Source: Trichinella spiralis (lineage: Eukaryota). From it: DNA of 64,000 nucleotides. The position numbers and the translations under genes are program-made. Position 1 is the first letter of the stretch. The number at the start of each line of letters is the position of its first letter. Shown in pieces: positions 28,288 through 43,600 of the stretch. The stretch lies in assembly GCF_000181795.1 (NCBI RefSeq), contig NW_003526944.1, positions 1,021,204 to 1,085,203 on the forward strand, written 5' to 3'. The notes beneath the pieces are model-generated. The model had not been told where the DNA came from, made no database searches, and was given only the letters and a program-made list of their open reading frames with translations.

Positions 28288-28318
<31 letters not shown>

Positions 28319-28532
28319 AGACAGACAGACAACCAGCTAGCTATTCAGTGAGTTGGCACAAACCAACCAACCAAACAGTGCGTCAAGTAACCAATAACAA
28401 ATTAACCAATAAAATATAACCAACCAACCAACCACAAATACGCAACGCATCATGTCAACGACGACACCGCCTCACTCGTTGCTGCTTTCGTTTGTCTCTC
28501 TTCTTCTTCTTCTTCTCTCTCTCTTTCTCTCC

Positions 28533-28568
<36 letters not shown>

Positions 28569-31564
28569 CTTTCTCTCTCTCTCTCTCTCCCTCTTTCACT
28601 CTCTTTCTCCTTCTCTCATTCTAGCTAGCATCTTTTCACTTTCATGTGCAAATTCTCTCTTTCTCTCTATTTATCTGAATGAGTGAGTTATGCGTGTTCA
28701 ATCGTGTACGTACGTTTATTTATTTATTTATTTATTTATTTATTTGTTTGTTTGTGCTTGTGCTTTTGAATTTTAACTTTGCTCTCTGTATTTTTGTAAA
28801 TATTTCCTTGTACGGATAAACGTTTTCTTACACTATGAGAACTATTTCCTTGTTTGAGAAAGTTACTAAGAGCTTAATTTTAACGCATATCTATAATAGA
28901 CGAGAAAAAGTCATATGCTACTATTGGCACCGTACAGATAGATCATCAGCTAGAGTAATTCTTATTCTACTAAAAAGGAAAAGAGAATTTTCATTTCAAG
29001 ACTAATTAGAAATTACACACGTGTACTGAATAGAAAGTTTCATCATGGAAAAAACAAAAAAAAAGAATAGAGAATTGATGGTAGTAACAATATCTGATTG
29101 ATCATAATTATAATATTATCTGCAGTTATAGTAGCAGTAGCAGTAGTGGGATGGTCGTGCTAAAAAGAAAAATGAATAATAAATAAGTTCCTGTCAAAGA
29201 CAACATAAAACTTATAGTATAGTAGAACAGGGAGAAAGAGAACAAGTTGAGAGGAACCTTTTCCTTATGCAACAAAGCCACTGCCTGAAAAAGGATTGAG
29301 GCGGAAAACGAGGAATTTATTCAATGTCTTTTTATTCCGCGTCCTATTTGTCACACGCGTTTCGCTAATTATTATATCACAGGTAGCCCTTGTCAAATAA
29401 TATCATCAATTATCAATTTTATATCACGGCTCTTGTTACTTATTGTGGATTTTTATCTTTTGCTATTCCGTCATTTCTAATTATAATGTATAATTGCTGT
29501 GAAAATAATATATGTATATAGATATATATTGTTTTTGCATTCAGGAAATATAAAAACAAGAAAGCCAAGAAAAGAGCGGAAGCAAAAGAAAGCAAAGAAA
29601 AAAAATTCAACTCGACCGCAGTTTCGCAGTACAAACAGACTTTACAAATATGCAGCGTAAATTAGCTGCTTGGCTGCAGTGTTTGTGAAATTTCCCGTAA
29701 AAATCGCTCTGATCATCATCAATGGTGTTTGTCGCTTGGAGTTTACCCCAACAACGGCAACAGTGTTGCAACAGTGCCACTGTTGTTGTTGCCATGCACA
29801 CAACAAAATACTAGAAGCATTTCTTTCTTCTTGTTTGGGATAAAATAATTTTTGTTCGTGTGATTCAAAGACGTCGACAGCAGTAGTATCATCAGCAGTA
29901 GAGGCGACGGCAATAATAGTAGCAGCAGCAGCAATAGCAACAACAGCAGCAGCAACAACAACAACAACAACAGGTGTTGGCACCGTTGCTGTTGCTTAAA
30001 AGCACAAATTGCAAACAAACGGATGCTGAACCCCAAAGCAAGAGAAAAAAAATAACGAGAAAAAGAAAAAAATTCGAAAAAAGAAAAAGAAGGTGCAACA
30101 GCAGAGCAGAGAAGAAGTAAAATAAAATATATCTATATAATTGCGGATATATAGATATATTTGGAAAAATACATTGGAAAAATTAATCGCCGCGCTGTGG
30201 ATGGGCGAGTGGAATGTGCAATCGCACATTCGATTCTCGGTAATATCCCGCCACCGACGACAATTCGCGTTGGCGAGTATGCAGTGGTCAAATAATGCCC
30301 ATCTCTGTTGTTCATCATCATCATCATCCTGCGTATCATTGCTCGTCGACCGTCACCAGATCACAGCAGATAAAGAAACCTCAATTCAAGTGGTCCACTG
30401 CTGCCCTGTTTAGCCTATACAAAGCCCTATTCATCATCATCGACTGCAACAAAACACCAAACTGCTACCGATCATCGGCTAACGTGAATTCATCCACTTG
30501 CCTATTGCCATCATCCCGTCCCGTGTTTCTGTTGCTGTTCTTTTGCTCAGTGACAGTGATGAGCCGCGCTCAAGCTGACACTATGCATTTACAAGAGCAT
30601 CAAGATCAAATTTCTCGCCTCCTTCTTCTAATTCTTCATTCACATTCTCTTAATCACCATTGTCATTGACCAACGAACTATCTGAGAATCCACTGGTATC
30701 CTTTGAATAATCAAGGGCTACCACCTTTTGCTATTTGTTGACCCACATCCCACCAATGAACAAACTGAATATCTTAGGGACTTAATGTTGCGCTTGCAAC
30801 AGTTGCGACCTTTGTTTTGAAATGGCCCCGCTGACCTCTGTACGTCACAATGACAAGTAAACATGCCTCGTTAACTACTGTTTCAAATGATATACTCTAC
30901 GACAAACGACGTCACCGACATGCCGAGTACAAGTACCTTGCTGACCCGCCTCTCAGATGACACCCACGACTGCCTACTGATCCATCCAATTCGAAGAGAA
31001 GCCTCCTCTAGCTCGCATGAGCGTCTTAGCAATGCTTAACGGCATGACNNNNNNNNNNAAAAACTAGTTGCAGTGGGAAAATTTTTCCACTGTGGCATTT
31101 TGTGTTATTTACGGCGGAAAAGGTGGATGACAACAACCGCGCATTTTTTTCTCGATTTGAAGTAATTGTTTAAAATTTAAGTCACATTTTGAGAGATAAT
31201 TTAAAATTTTCAGTAATGTTAGCATGAAATTGGAGGAAAATATTGGACGGATTGATCGTTGGCAATAATTGATCGCTTGTCGACAAGTATGCAAGTCAAC
31301 AGGTGACCAAGGGGAAGCAGAAAATAGCGGGATGTCTAAAGCCAACGCTGATCCAACGTTTGGTCACCCAGCGGATGGCCGGATACACCGCCTACAGTGG
31401 AAATATGACGAGGTTGAGCGATTTTGTTCGGCTGTTTCCGGCCATTAGCTCAAAGTCAGGGAGGATGATTGATCGCGAAACGCACTCCCACTAACAGCGA
31501 GCGCAAGCTCTGGCTCTAACTGAGGCCAGCTGAAAATTTTAAGCTAGAAGACTAACAGCTAACA

Positions 31565-31595
<31 letters not shown>

Positions 31596-31809
31596 AGACA
31601 GACAGACAACCAGCTAGCTATTCAGTGAGTTGGCACAAACCAACCAACCAAACAGTGCGTCAAGTAACCAATAACAAATTAACCAATAAAATATAACCAA
31701 CCAACCAACCACAAATACGCAACGCATCATGTCAACGACGACACCGCCTCACTCGTTGCTGCTTTCGTTTGTCTCTCTTCTTCTTCTTCTTCTCTCTCTC
31801 TTTCTCTCC

Positions 31810-31845
<36 letters not shown>

Positions 31846-34320
31846 CTTTCTCTCTCTCTCTCTCCCTCTTTCACTCTCTTTCTCCTTCTCTCATTCTAGC
31901 TAGCATCTTTTCACTTTCATGTGCAAATTCTCTCTTTCTCTCTATTTATCTGAATGAGTGAGTTATGCGTGTTCAATCGTGTACGTACGTTTGTTTGTTT
32001 ATTTATTTATTTATTTATTTGTTTGTTTGTGCTTGTGCTTTTGAATTTTAACTTTGCTCTCTGTATTTTTGTAAATATTTCCTTGTACGGATAAACGTTT
32101 TCTTACACTATGAGAACTATTTCCTTGTTTGAGAAAGTTACTAAGAGCTTAATTTTAACGCATATCTATAATAGACGAGAAAAAGTCATATGCTACTATT
32201 GGCACCGTACAGATAGATCATCAGCTAGAGTAATTCTTATTCTACTAAAAAGGAAAAGAGAATTTTCATTTCAAGACTAATTAGAAATTACACACGTGTA
32301 CTGAATAGAAAGTTTCATCATGGAAAAAACAAAAAAAAGAATAGAGAATTGATGGTAGTAACAATATCTGATTGATCATAATTATAATATTATCTGCAGT
32401 TATAGTAGCAGTAGCAGTAGTGGGATGGTCGTGCTAAAAAGAAAAATGAATAATAAATAAGTTCCTGTCAAAGACAACATAAAACTTATAGTACAGTAGA
32501 ACAGGGAGAAAGAGAACAAGTTGAGAGGAACTTTTTCCTTATGCAACAAAGTCACTGCCTGAAAAAGGATTGAGGCGGAAAACGAGGAATTTCTTCAATG
32601 TCTTTTTATTCCGCGTCCTTTTTGTCACACGCGTTTCGCTAATTATTATATCACAGGTAGCCCTTGTCAAATAATATCATCAATTATCAATTTTATATCA
32701 CGGCTCTTGTTACTTATTGTGGATTTTTATCTTTTGCTATTCCGTCATTTCTAATTATAATGTATAATTGCTGTGAAAATAATATATGTATATAGATATA
32801 TATTGTTTTTGCATTCAGGAAATATAAAAACAAGAAAGCCAAGAAAAGAGCGGAAGCAAAAGAAAGCAAAGAAAAAAATTCAACTCGACCGCAGTTTCGC
32901 AGTACAAACAGACTTTACAAATATGCAGCGTAAATTAGCTGCTTGGCTGCAGTGTTTGTGAAATTTCCCGTAAAAATCGCTCTGATCATCATCAATGGTG
33001 TTTGTCGCTTGGAGTTTACCCCAACAACGGCAACAGTGTTGCAATAGTGCCACTGTTGTTGTTGCCATGCACACAACAAAATACTAGAAGCATTTCTTTC
33101 TTCTTGTTTGGGATAAAATAATTTTTGTTCGTGTGATTCAAAGACGTCGACAGCAGTAGTATCATCAGCAGTAGAGGCGACGGCAATAATAGTAGCAGCA
33201 GCAGCAGCAATAGCAACAGCAGCAGCAACAACAACAACAACAACAGGTGTTGGCACCGTTGCTGTTGCTTAAAAGCACAAATTGCAAACAAACGGATGCT
33301 GAACCCCAAAGCAAGAGAAAAAAAATAACGAGAAAAAGAAAAAAATTCGAAAAAAGAAAAAGAAGGTGCAACAGCAGAGCAGAGAAGTAAAATAAAATAT
33401 ATCTATATAATTGCGGATATATAGATATATTTGGAAAAATACATTGGAAAAATTAATCGCCGCGCTGTGGATGGGCGAGTGGAATGTGCAATCGCACATT
33501 CGATTCTCGGTAATATCCCGCCACCGACGACAATTCGCGTTGGCGAGTATGCAGTGGTCAAATAATGCCCATCTCTGTTGTTCATCATCATCATCATCCT
33601 GCGTATCATTGCTCGTCGACCGTCACCAGATCACAGCAGATAAAGAAACCTCAATTCAAGTGGTCCACTGCTGCCCTGTTTAGCCTATACAAAGCCCTAT
33701 TCATCATCATCGACTGCAACAAAACACCAAACTGCTACCGATCATCGGCTAACGTGAATTCATCCACTTGCCTATTGCCATCATCCCGTCCCGTGTTTCT
33801 GTTGCTGTTCTTTTGCTCAGTGACAGTGATGAGCCGCGCTCAAGCTGACACTATGCATTTACAAGAGCATCAAGCATCATCCTCGCCTCCTTCTTCTAGT
33901 TCTTCATTCACATTCTCTTCATCACCATTGTCATTGCACAGTGGAATATCTGACAATCCACTGTTATCCTTTTCATCAACAATGGTTAGTACCCAGCAGT
34001 GTAAATTGTTCGACCGGCGACGAGTGGTCGAACTGTGCTCAGTGGGACCGAGGTTGCGTTTGCAACAGTTGCGCCATTTGCATTGGAATGGCGCCGCTGA
34101 CCTCTGTTCGTCAGACCAACAGGCCGACGTGCCTCTTTACCAACTGTTTCAGCTGAACGTGTTCAACGAAAAAGACATCACCGACATGCTGAATCAAAGT
34201 ACCCGTCTGGCCCACCTATCCGATGACACCCTCGACTGCCTACTTGCACAAGCCAATTCGAACGGATGTCGGCTTTGCTACGATCGGCTCTTTGGCCGTT
34301 TTAGGCTTGTCGATCGTGTT
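27790..34320. repeat. ~3.27-kb tandem direct duplication across N gap 31049-31058; probable false duplication
   Basis: ORF pairs 28025/31303 and 29642/32915. 30600-31048 is a progressively degraded copy of ~33870-34310. Confidence 0.9.
28492..28620. repeat. Polypyrimidine (CT/CTT)n tract, repeated at ~31770-31895
   Basis: Directly visible; follows GCTG, CAGA and AACC tetranucleotide runs. Confidence 0.9.
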
Positions 34321-37300
34321 TTTGGCCGCTTTACAGATTTGCTTCAGGTTAGCCTGAACTGCCAGCCGACAAATCAGGATCAGTTTTCACCGGTGACCAC
34401 GTGCAAAGACTGTCAAGTAAGAAGAATATATTTTAAATTTTATCCAAATGCGCATTTTTTTTAAATTTTCGCTCGTATTCTCTCATATCGCTCATATTGC
34501 TGCTGCTCCTTTTTCATTTACCGGCTTATTATTTGCTTTCATTCATTCTGTTTTTGTTAACTTTTTCCATCTTTCTTATTAATTATTGTTGAGAAAATGC
34601 GCTGTATTATGTGTGTATGGTCAGTTCTGAGCGCGCGCGCGCGCTATTAGCTGCTACTAGGAACCAAGAACGGCCAAGGAGTTTGCAGCTTCCGACGTGA
34701 AAGCAACGCGAAAATTGGCCGCGTAATTGATATCGATCGACCGTGTCCATAGGAGGGGCACTTTTGTGTTGATCGTTAAGCTCGGTGGGCGCTACTACTA
34801 CTACTACTGTTGTTGGAGTTTGTCAAAAGCAGATGATGATTTTCTAGTTTTAAATGCACCCTAGCAAGCCATGCATGCAAAACTACCATGCCTGAACATT
34901 GTTGAACAAAACAATTCCCAACTTTCTCAACAAGATAGATGTGTAGCACTGAACAATCTGTATGAATATTAATCACCTCCTGTAATGGGATTTACAATAA
35001 GAATACACTTCTTTCTTTCAAGAAAACAAAAATACAGATTTAAAAAATCCTATGCTTTCGTATTCAACATTGGCGAAGCTGAACGCAAGCAGAAGAAAAA
35101 CAACTTGAAATTTCATTTCCGCTTCAATCAAGACGACGGTTTGTGTTGTTTTCGATCGATCGGTGAGGTGCATCACAATCAAGCATGCAGAATGAACAGA
35201 ATCCCCCTCCTCTTTCTAATTATCAATTCTTTCACGAATATTTCTTGCTTGCTCATGCTACCATTGGATCGGATGCTAGTTATCCGTTGCGTACATCATT
35301 TGCGCAGAAATGCAACAAAGCTTATGCATTATCGTATAATTCATCAAATTTACGTTCGATTACTCGTAATGTAAAACAAACAACAAACATTCTCTTCTAG
35401 AAATTTCTCCTCTTCTTCTACATAATTCTAACGATATTGCATAAGAACTCTGCTGTTTCACAGTTTTTCCACTTTCACAGTGATCATCATGCACTAAGAC
35501 TAAGAAGATTTGTAAAACAAAAAAAGCAGCTGCTTGATGTTGACAACCTTGATGCTAGCTAGCAAGGGTTGGTCACGCGTTCCGCTTGAACAGCTTTGTC
35601 ACTGTTGAACTAGCAGCAAATCATGCCGACCGCTTTCACTTTCGTTTCAGCGTTAATCAGACTCTTGATCGGCAACTTCCTGAACATTGATTCTTTTTGT
35701 GTTCATGTCTGTGTGTACATTATTCTTTTTTTTACTGCTGAAAGTTAAAAAACACAAATGCTGTAGTCCCTACTCCTTATCCTCATCCTCTCCTGCGCAC
35801 ACATTTCCCATTATTCGCATCCTTCTACTCTAGTTGTGCACACTAGCGTAATAATAATAATAATAATAATAATAACAATAACAATAAACACACTATATTC
35901 ATGTGATGATGTTCACAAATGATAATTTTCACTTTCATCGTGTGAAATTAAAATAAGATACAACTGTCATCATTGAGATAATCAACCACCATCATTCCCT
36001 TTGGCTTAAATTAAATGCTGTTTCGACCTGTCCATAGCAGGGTCGACGGTGAGAGTGTATGAGAAAGCGACTGACCAAAAATATCGATCTGACAAGTGTG
36101 TTTGTTTGCATGTGCGTGTGCGTTGTCTTTGTGCGTTTGCCGATAAATCTAAATTTCGCGTAGCTCAAATGTGCTTGCATGTGACAACTGCCGGGTCGAT
36201 GATGCTAGCTAGCACAGCTCGTTCCAACCGGACGGCCAGTTGGATTCCCAAAGCAGACGTTACCATTTTATTGGCTTTCCAAGCTGTTCCTTTTTCCTCT
36301 CCGCGACACACTGAACAAAAACTAACCTACCAATCAACATGTATTACAGTATGACATTTGATCATTTTCCGTGTGCTTGAAAGAATACATAAAGAATTTT
36401 TTTCTGTATACGTATCACCCGTTGGTTGAAAAGAAAAATGTCTTTATCGATTGTTTTCATTTTTGTCTCTTAATCGACAAGCTGTGAACAATTTTGTCCC
36501 TTCAAACATTTTTCCAATCAAATCATCAAAATCACGTTTGTTGTTCTTCTTAAGAGTTCTTGTAAAGCAGTTGAAAGTAAATTACCAGAAAGGATAAGCT
36601 TACTATTCTTTCAAAATGTAACTCACAACAAGAAGTGCAATTTTTCAAATATTTTCATTTATTTATACCCTTAGTGTTAGAGAAAGTTTTTGAATTTTCC
36701 TCCGCTCTTTAGAAGCACACTTTGCTTCCATCAATTTGCTTAATAGTGACTATTCACCAAGCAGCAATAACGATAACGACTCAAATTGCTCAAATTGCCT
36801 ACACGTATGTTCAACTCAACTGAAGCGCAGCTTCTCCATTTTATGTTTCTCTATCTGTCAAACTATCAATTTGTCTATCTAGCTATGCATCCATTTATCA
36901 ATCCATCTCTCCATCTGTTTATCTATACGTATATATATAAATATATAAAGACTAGCATTTAACAAAAGCTACAGGTAGTTTTCGGCGATTTTACAAATCG
37001 TTTTCACTTTAAAATATTGGAATAGTAACAAAGATGTTGTAAAACAATAGCAGATATCAGGAATATTTTGTCATTTCATCTAATGAAATAAATTATAAAG
37101 CGATTCGCATCAATTTTCAAATGATATGCCATTTAAAATCTGCTGATGCCTAATAGTGGTGGAACACATGTCGATGAAAGAAAATGCTGAAAACGTTCAC
37201 ACCTGTTAAGTATATGATATTCAACAAAAACCATTGCACGTGAAGCACAATTTCAACATTAACGTATGCAGAACAATGACTGGATAATGAGAGAAAGAGA

Positions 37301-38765
37301 AAGAAAGCCAGAGAGAGGGAGAGAATTGGGGAAAGGAAAATTGTGATTAATTTTTAAATACACATCAGCTATGACAAGTGAAAAATTTTTCAACCGTACA
37401 ACCGGCTAGCCTCTCTTTATTTACTTAAAATCGAATTTCTGCTCGATATTGCTCATCATCTATATAATAAATAAATAAATATATACATATATTTGTCTGT
37501 GTAACATGGTTTTTTTTCAAGAATGCTATAAGAAAATTTTATAATAGTTCTCAGCGATTAGCGTAGATATTATTAGATTAGTCAATTGATGACCAAGTCG
37601 GACTTTGTTCTTTCCATGATGATTTCATATTCAACTTCTCTTTCTATTCATAAAAATTATACCCGAAGAAATTAAAGCTCCAATTGGATAAGATCACCAC
37701 AGAGGGAGTATTTTTGAAGCTAATAAAAGAGAATCAAACAATTATCTTTGATTACTTTCATAAAAAGTTAGAATTCAAAATAGAAAGGAGAGAAAGAGTG
37801 AGGGGTAGGGGTAGGGAAGAAAGAAAACCACTGGAACAATAATAAAAATTAAATGAAGTCGAAAAAATGGATGGCATTTATTGAAATAATTAATTTTTCA
37901 CGACAAAGTTTCAAAAATAAGATTTCCCCTTTCCCATTCTTCCCTTTTCTTAAACTTCCACTGTCGTCAAGATGATGATGAATGGTGTTTGAAGGAAAAA
38001 TAATGGACGTTATGATGAAGAATAAAAATGAAATGGAGGGGAAATTTTTGGAAGTTTCGTCTCGGGTCAAGAGCCTATCGATCTTGCCGGGCGCGTTGCA
38101 GTTTGCTCGTCTCCGGTGGTTAAGAGTGGCGGAGAAGCAATTTTCGCGCCTGCTTACGGTCCGCTGTCGGAAAATTGCACCAAGCCGGACCGCAATCGGT
38201 CCTTGGAGCCGCGTGCAAGCCATTTCGATAAAGAGAAAATCATCCACTCCACTAATCGGCCAGTTTTATCCGACGGCCCTGGAGCCTGGTGGATCTGTTC
38301 CGCCGGGGCATCGATCGCGTCCACCAAGCAGGCGCCGGCGGCGGCCGGACGCCGGCGCCACAACAAAGCAGGCCTGAATAAATTTGTACAAGTGGTGGGG
38401 ATCGATTTTCGATTGCCGTTCGCCTGAACTCAACCCATTCTTGCAACGGCAAAGAATCTTCACTTGATTTGATTAACCGTCTTTCTCATCTTTGAATTAA
38501 CTTACGCTTTGTGGCCGCTTAGCCTTGACGTCGGTTCTGATGGCGCGACCGCCGGCGTAGACATTTCTTCTTCCACATCAACTCCTCACTCCTCCTGTTT
38601 TCCAGCAGCTACTGTTGGCAACCTTTCTCCACTATTATTACCTTACCTTATCTTACCTTACTCTCTTTATCCCCTCTTCAACTATTTCAATTTATTCCAT
38701 TCAACACGACGTGAAATTCATTCATTCATTCCCCTTTTTCGTCAAATTACAAAAATGAAGCAAAC

Positions 38766-38836
<71 letters not shown>

Positions 38837-39035
38837 AAAATTATTATTATAATTTTACTGGAAAGGTATATTCCGGTGAATGTTGTTGTCTCGATAAAGC
38901 TTTCCAATCACATCTCTTCACGAACAAAATATAAATAGATTGAAAAAATTTACCAAACATTCCCAAAAAGGGTCTTTATTTTCTTGGAAATTTTATTTTA
39001 CGACACTCCCTCCCCTGGAAAATTGNNNNNNNNNN

Positions 39036-39090
<55 letters not shown>

Positions 39091-40628
39091 AAAATTATTA
39101 GTATAATTTCAATGGATAGGTATTTTCCGGTGAATGTTGTTGTCTCGTTGACAGCTTTCCAATCAACATCTCTTCCACGACATACTATATAGTAGATTGG
39201 ATAATTTAGCAAACAGTTCACAAATAAGGCATTTATTTCATTGGAAGTTGTAATTTCAGATACTCACTCCACTGTGAAAATTGTATGAAAATAACCAAAA
39301 TAACACCAAACAACCATTCAACATTTAAATTCAATTCATAGAAATGTATATATTATTTGGATAAATCAAATGCTGATTGATAAATTGAACTTGTCAACGT
39401 CAGTGTCATCATAATTAGCACTGCCAAGTTTTCATGAAATTGTCACTAGCAGGTTGAATATTTTTCCTTTGAATCTCATCAAATTTCAGATATAACGCGT
39501 CTGCTGAAGCACTTTAAAAAATAACACGACTATTGATCCCACTGAGATAGCCTGATCTAGCATAGCACGTCATTTTCACTGTCATCTATTTGCGTATTGA
39601 ATCAGTTGATAAAATTTTCATTGCGCCCAATTCGTAAACAAGACGTATCCTTTCCTGGAGCTTCTCATGTGCCTAACTTTGACGAGATGAGAAAGTTTCC
39701 ACAAATTACAGTTCAGTTGTGCAAAAACGTCTCAGATAGATTAAATCTACTGCTGAAGAGCATCAAAATAATCTACTGCCGCTCGCTGATGCTGCTGGTT
39801 CCATGCCAAAATGTTCAGCCACGGGAGACGAATTGATTTTTCCACTAATTCAGCAAGCAAGCGTGCAAGCACAACGAATGCATCGCAAATTTGGCCAAAC
39901 ATAGCTAGCAGCTAATCGGTGATCTAGCTGCTGCTGATCATGAGACAGACATGCACAAGTATTTTATAAAGGAAAATTATATTATATTATATTATATTAT
40001 ATTATATTGCAGCAAAGGTCTCTTCTATCTTCTCTATTTCTCTCCCATCCCCACCTGAGATGAAACATTTTCATCTTGACGATAATTGCAAAAATACTAT
40101 TTATGCGATATTGAAAAATGAAATATTTTTTGAACATTTGAGAAAAAATGTGATCTACATCAATTTTCTTTGCGGAATTTGTCAATAGCATTATAATTTA
40201 TAAAAAAACCTGAGTTGTCTTTTTCCCCTATATTATTATGGTTAGATATATTGCCTTGTCACAGAAGAAGGACGCTGTTCCAATTTGTCAAGTAATAAAG
40301 ATTTCCTTTCACGAAAACATTGAGTAGTTATCAATTATCATATAAAGGTCAACAATGTAAGAAAATAATATCCAGTAAAACAATCATCTGCTGTTGAATT
40401 CAATTTAGTTTTTCGTCTAAAATTCTAAAATTGAAAAAGCTATAAAAGTATAATTTGGTGGCAAACTAAATTCTGAAAACTACTAGCTCGTCCAAACTGT
40501 TTTCGTCCAATTCATTTAGTGTCTGTATGAAGCTAATTCAATAAATTAGCTGAAATAGTACTTCTCTTCTTTGTTTATTTTTTTCAAAATTTATTTCCAA
40601 ATTTCAAATACTTCTTCTACATACACAT

Positions 40629-40670
<42 letters not shown>

Positions 40671-43600
40671 AATTTCTTGTTATTCTCATTCTTCTATATG
40701 TAGATGTATATTATGCATAAGTAGAATATATCATCGTTTCAGTTAAATTTATCATTGTACTGTTGGCTCTGCTATCCTCTGCCTTTTTCTGTTGGCAAAA
40801 GATTGATTAAAAGATTGGTTTTTTCTTCATCGTCCCAAATGAAATTGAATTGTGATAGTTAGTTAGTTAATTTTTGTTTGGCTGATGAATAATTTCAACT
40901 GAGAATGACGAACAAAAAAAATACATAAAAAAGATTCCTCTTTCGTCACAATTTCACAACATATGTATTTGATATCAGTCCTTTGTATTTTGTTTAAATC
41001 AGCGTCCAATCGATCGTTACCGACGCAACCACACTTTCCAACTTTATCCAATATTATTTGTAGTAGTCAGACTAAATTGAATGAGTTTCGATTGTTCGAC
41101 GCTTGTTGTTACCCCTCCGTGCACTTTTAAAGCTATATTTCATCTAATCGAAATGTAAAAGCACCAAAAGATTCACTCCTGATCAGTACCGAGACGACCG
41201 ATCCAGCTTCAACTAAATGCCAAAGGCTTTGACAGCAATTTCCCCCGTTCACTCCAGGCAGTCCTGCTTCAACCCTTCATCACAAGTTTCCATTTACCCA
41301 AACACGGAAGCCTACTATTCAAAATCTATTCAATCCTATCTTCATTCACACAATACCTACCCTGAAACACTAATTTCTCACCGCTTCGTCAACAAATCCT
41401 AACCTCTTTTAGCAATTTTAATATCATTTTGCACTCAGCATCTATGGAAAATCGTTCATATCTATTTTCAGAAACAAATAATTTTCCCATTAACTTTCAA
41501 TCAAACAATGAAACTTACTGCAATAAAATTCATACTTTGAATTTCAATTGTATGAGAGGTAGTAATCGCTACTGTTTTGCTCTTCTCAAATTATCAAACA
41601 AACCAACAAACAACAACGCACAGTATACATACACAAACACAAATATACGTACAACCAGACAACGTACACCTATACAAGTTATAAATTTAAAAATCTTATT
41701 CAATTTCAGATATGGTACAAGCGGTGGCTACTGGTGACCTTTTCAGGTATATGGCGGAGGCCACCTTGTCCACTCTGGTGCCATTTAGTCGAATTAGCTT
41801 GCCCGCACATGTCAGTCAGACGCCGGTCTGATTATGCAGGGTTGCCTTCGTTTCGGTGCACCGGTAAGCATTCATGCATGTCCGTCAAGTACAACATTCG
41901 CATTGCCAGTATGTCATTTCACTCATACTTTTTTTATCACACATTTTTAATTCATGTACTGAAGTTATATGACATTTTTTAAATTGTTGTGCAATCTTTT
42001 TTGTTCGACACAAAGTTACATTATTAATTCCGATATTTTGCAGAATTACAAACATTTGAATTCTTAAAATTAGCCAACTGTACATTAGACCGTTCCTTCA
42101 CATTTTCACGCAGTATAGCTCATTGCACGACTGGCTTTTCTCATGCCTTAGTCTAATTTTAGAATTAATTGATTTGTCAATATGTGAGAGTTTTAAAGCA
42201 ACACAGGAAACATCATAATCTGAAAACGATAAGAAGCGAACATGTGCTGTTAATTCTTTTTGTTCCACATCATCTCAAACCATCCTAATTGAACTAATTT
42301 TAGTTAAGGAATTAAATTGAAAATTAAAATAACCAAATCCAATTAAAATAAAGAAGCAGTGTAATTTCAAATTTTCATTTTGAAAAATATTTGAAGGGAA
42401 AAATCTGCACAGCTATTTACCCTACCCTCTCTAATGTCTAAGGATTGATATTAGACAAAAAAATCATCTGTAAATAGTCAGGATATACAAATCTCGTTTT
42501 CTTACTGTATATTAAAACAATAATAGAAGCTGATCAAATTGCATGTAGGAAACTAAAACTCAATGACTGAAACTTAATGACTCTTCATTAGAACAGATAG
42601 TAGTCGTGTCACATTTTCAGATTTTGGGTTATTGATTTGGAAAGATGAGCGTCAAAAGAGACTAATGAACAGAAAATAAATCGCGAGCTATGTATGTTAA
42701 GAAATCAGAATCCAATTCCCGTTACTTTACCTGCTCATCATTTAAGAAATACTGTATATAATGAGCTTCGGTGAAAAAATTACAACCAATTATCAAGCTG
42801 ATCTTAGGCATTGCTGAAAAGCTTATCTAACTAAGCTCATTTCACAAGAAGTAAGCACGCGTGATGAAAACAAAAGGAATTAAGTGATCATATTTCCCAG
42901 TTCAAATCTGCGTTAAGATTTGCAATTTTTTCTCATTCCACAAGACTGAATAATAAAGAAAATAATTACCTATTGTTTCAGTGCTAATTATTACGTTTCG
43001 GAATATCAGCCCACAATATATAAATAGTTATTCAAGATCACTTACCACCAAATAAAATAAGCTGTTCGATGAGTTTCTATGACGCAGTACGACGCCCTTT
43101 GACGATTTCACCAAGGTAGGTTAATACGGGAAGCAGTTCCAGTTACGCCTGTCACCAGGTGATACGTTTGACGTTCAAATTGTGTAAATGAGTCAGTCGA
43201 TGACTTTAATCTAAAAAACAAAAATAAATAAACATAAACTGTAAAAGCTGTTTAAACTTCAAACTGTCAAAATACACAAAATAGCCGGCTTAGTCTGAAA
43301 GCAAATTTTTTCATTCGCCTTTAGCATTAATTAATTAAGTTGTTTCATTTTTCCCACTAACATATTAATTCAGTAAAATATTCAATTAGCTTGCATTTCT
43401 TAAAAATGTTCCATTCTCGAAAGTTGAAACAGCAATATTATTTAGCGAAATAACTTTTAGAATTCCAAGACATTCATGATTTCCTTATGATGATATGAAA
43501 TGATAGTTTTGCATTAATTTCAAAAACGGTAGCGAAACTTCGATATGATGCATAAATGGGATATAATTATTATCTCAAAATACTAGTAAAATGCCAAGGA

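Noticed and set aside
29607..30413. Poly-Cys, poly-Leu and poly-Val/Ala ORFs (also 32880-33683)
   Set aside because: Translations of CAG/CAA trinucleotide repeats.
30295..31048. nlf-1 paralogue or pseudogene
   Set aside because: Divergence rises steadily toward the N gap, as expected of a low-quality read end.
36184..36243. Possible miRNA hairpin in the nlf-1 intron
   Set aside because: Only short, interrupted stems around a TGCTAGCTAGCA palindrome; too imperfect to support.
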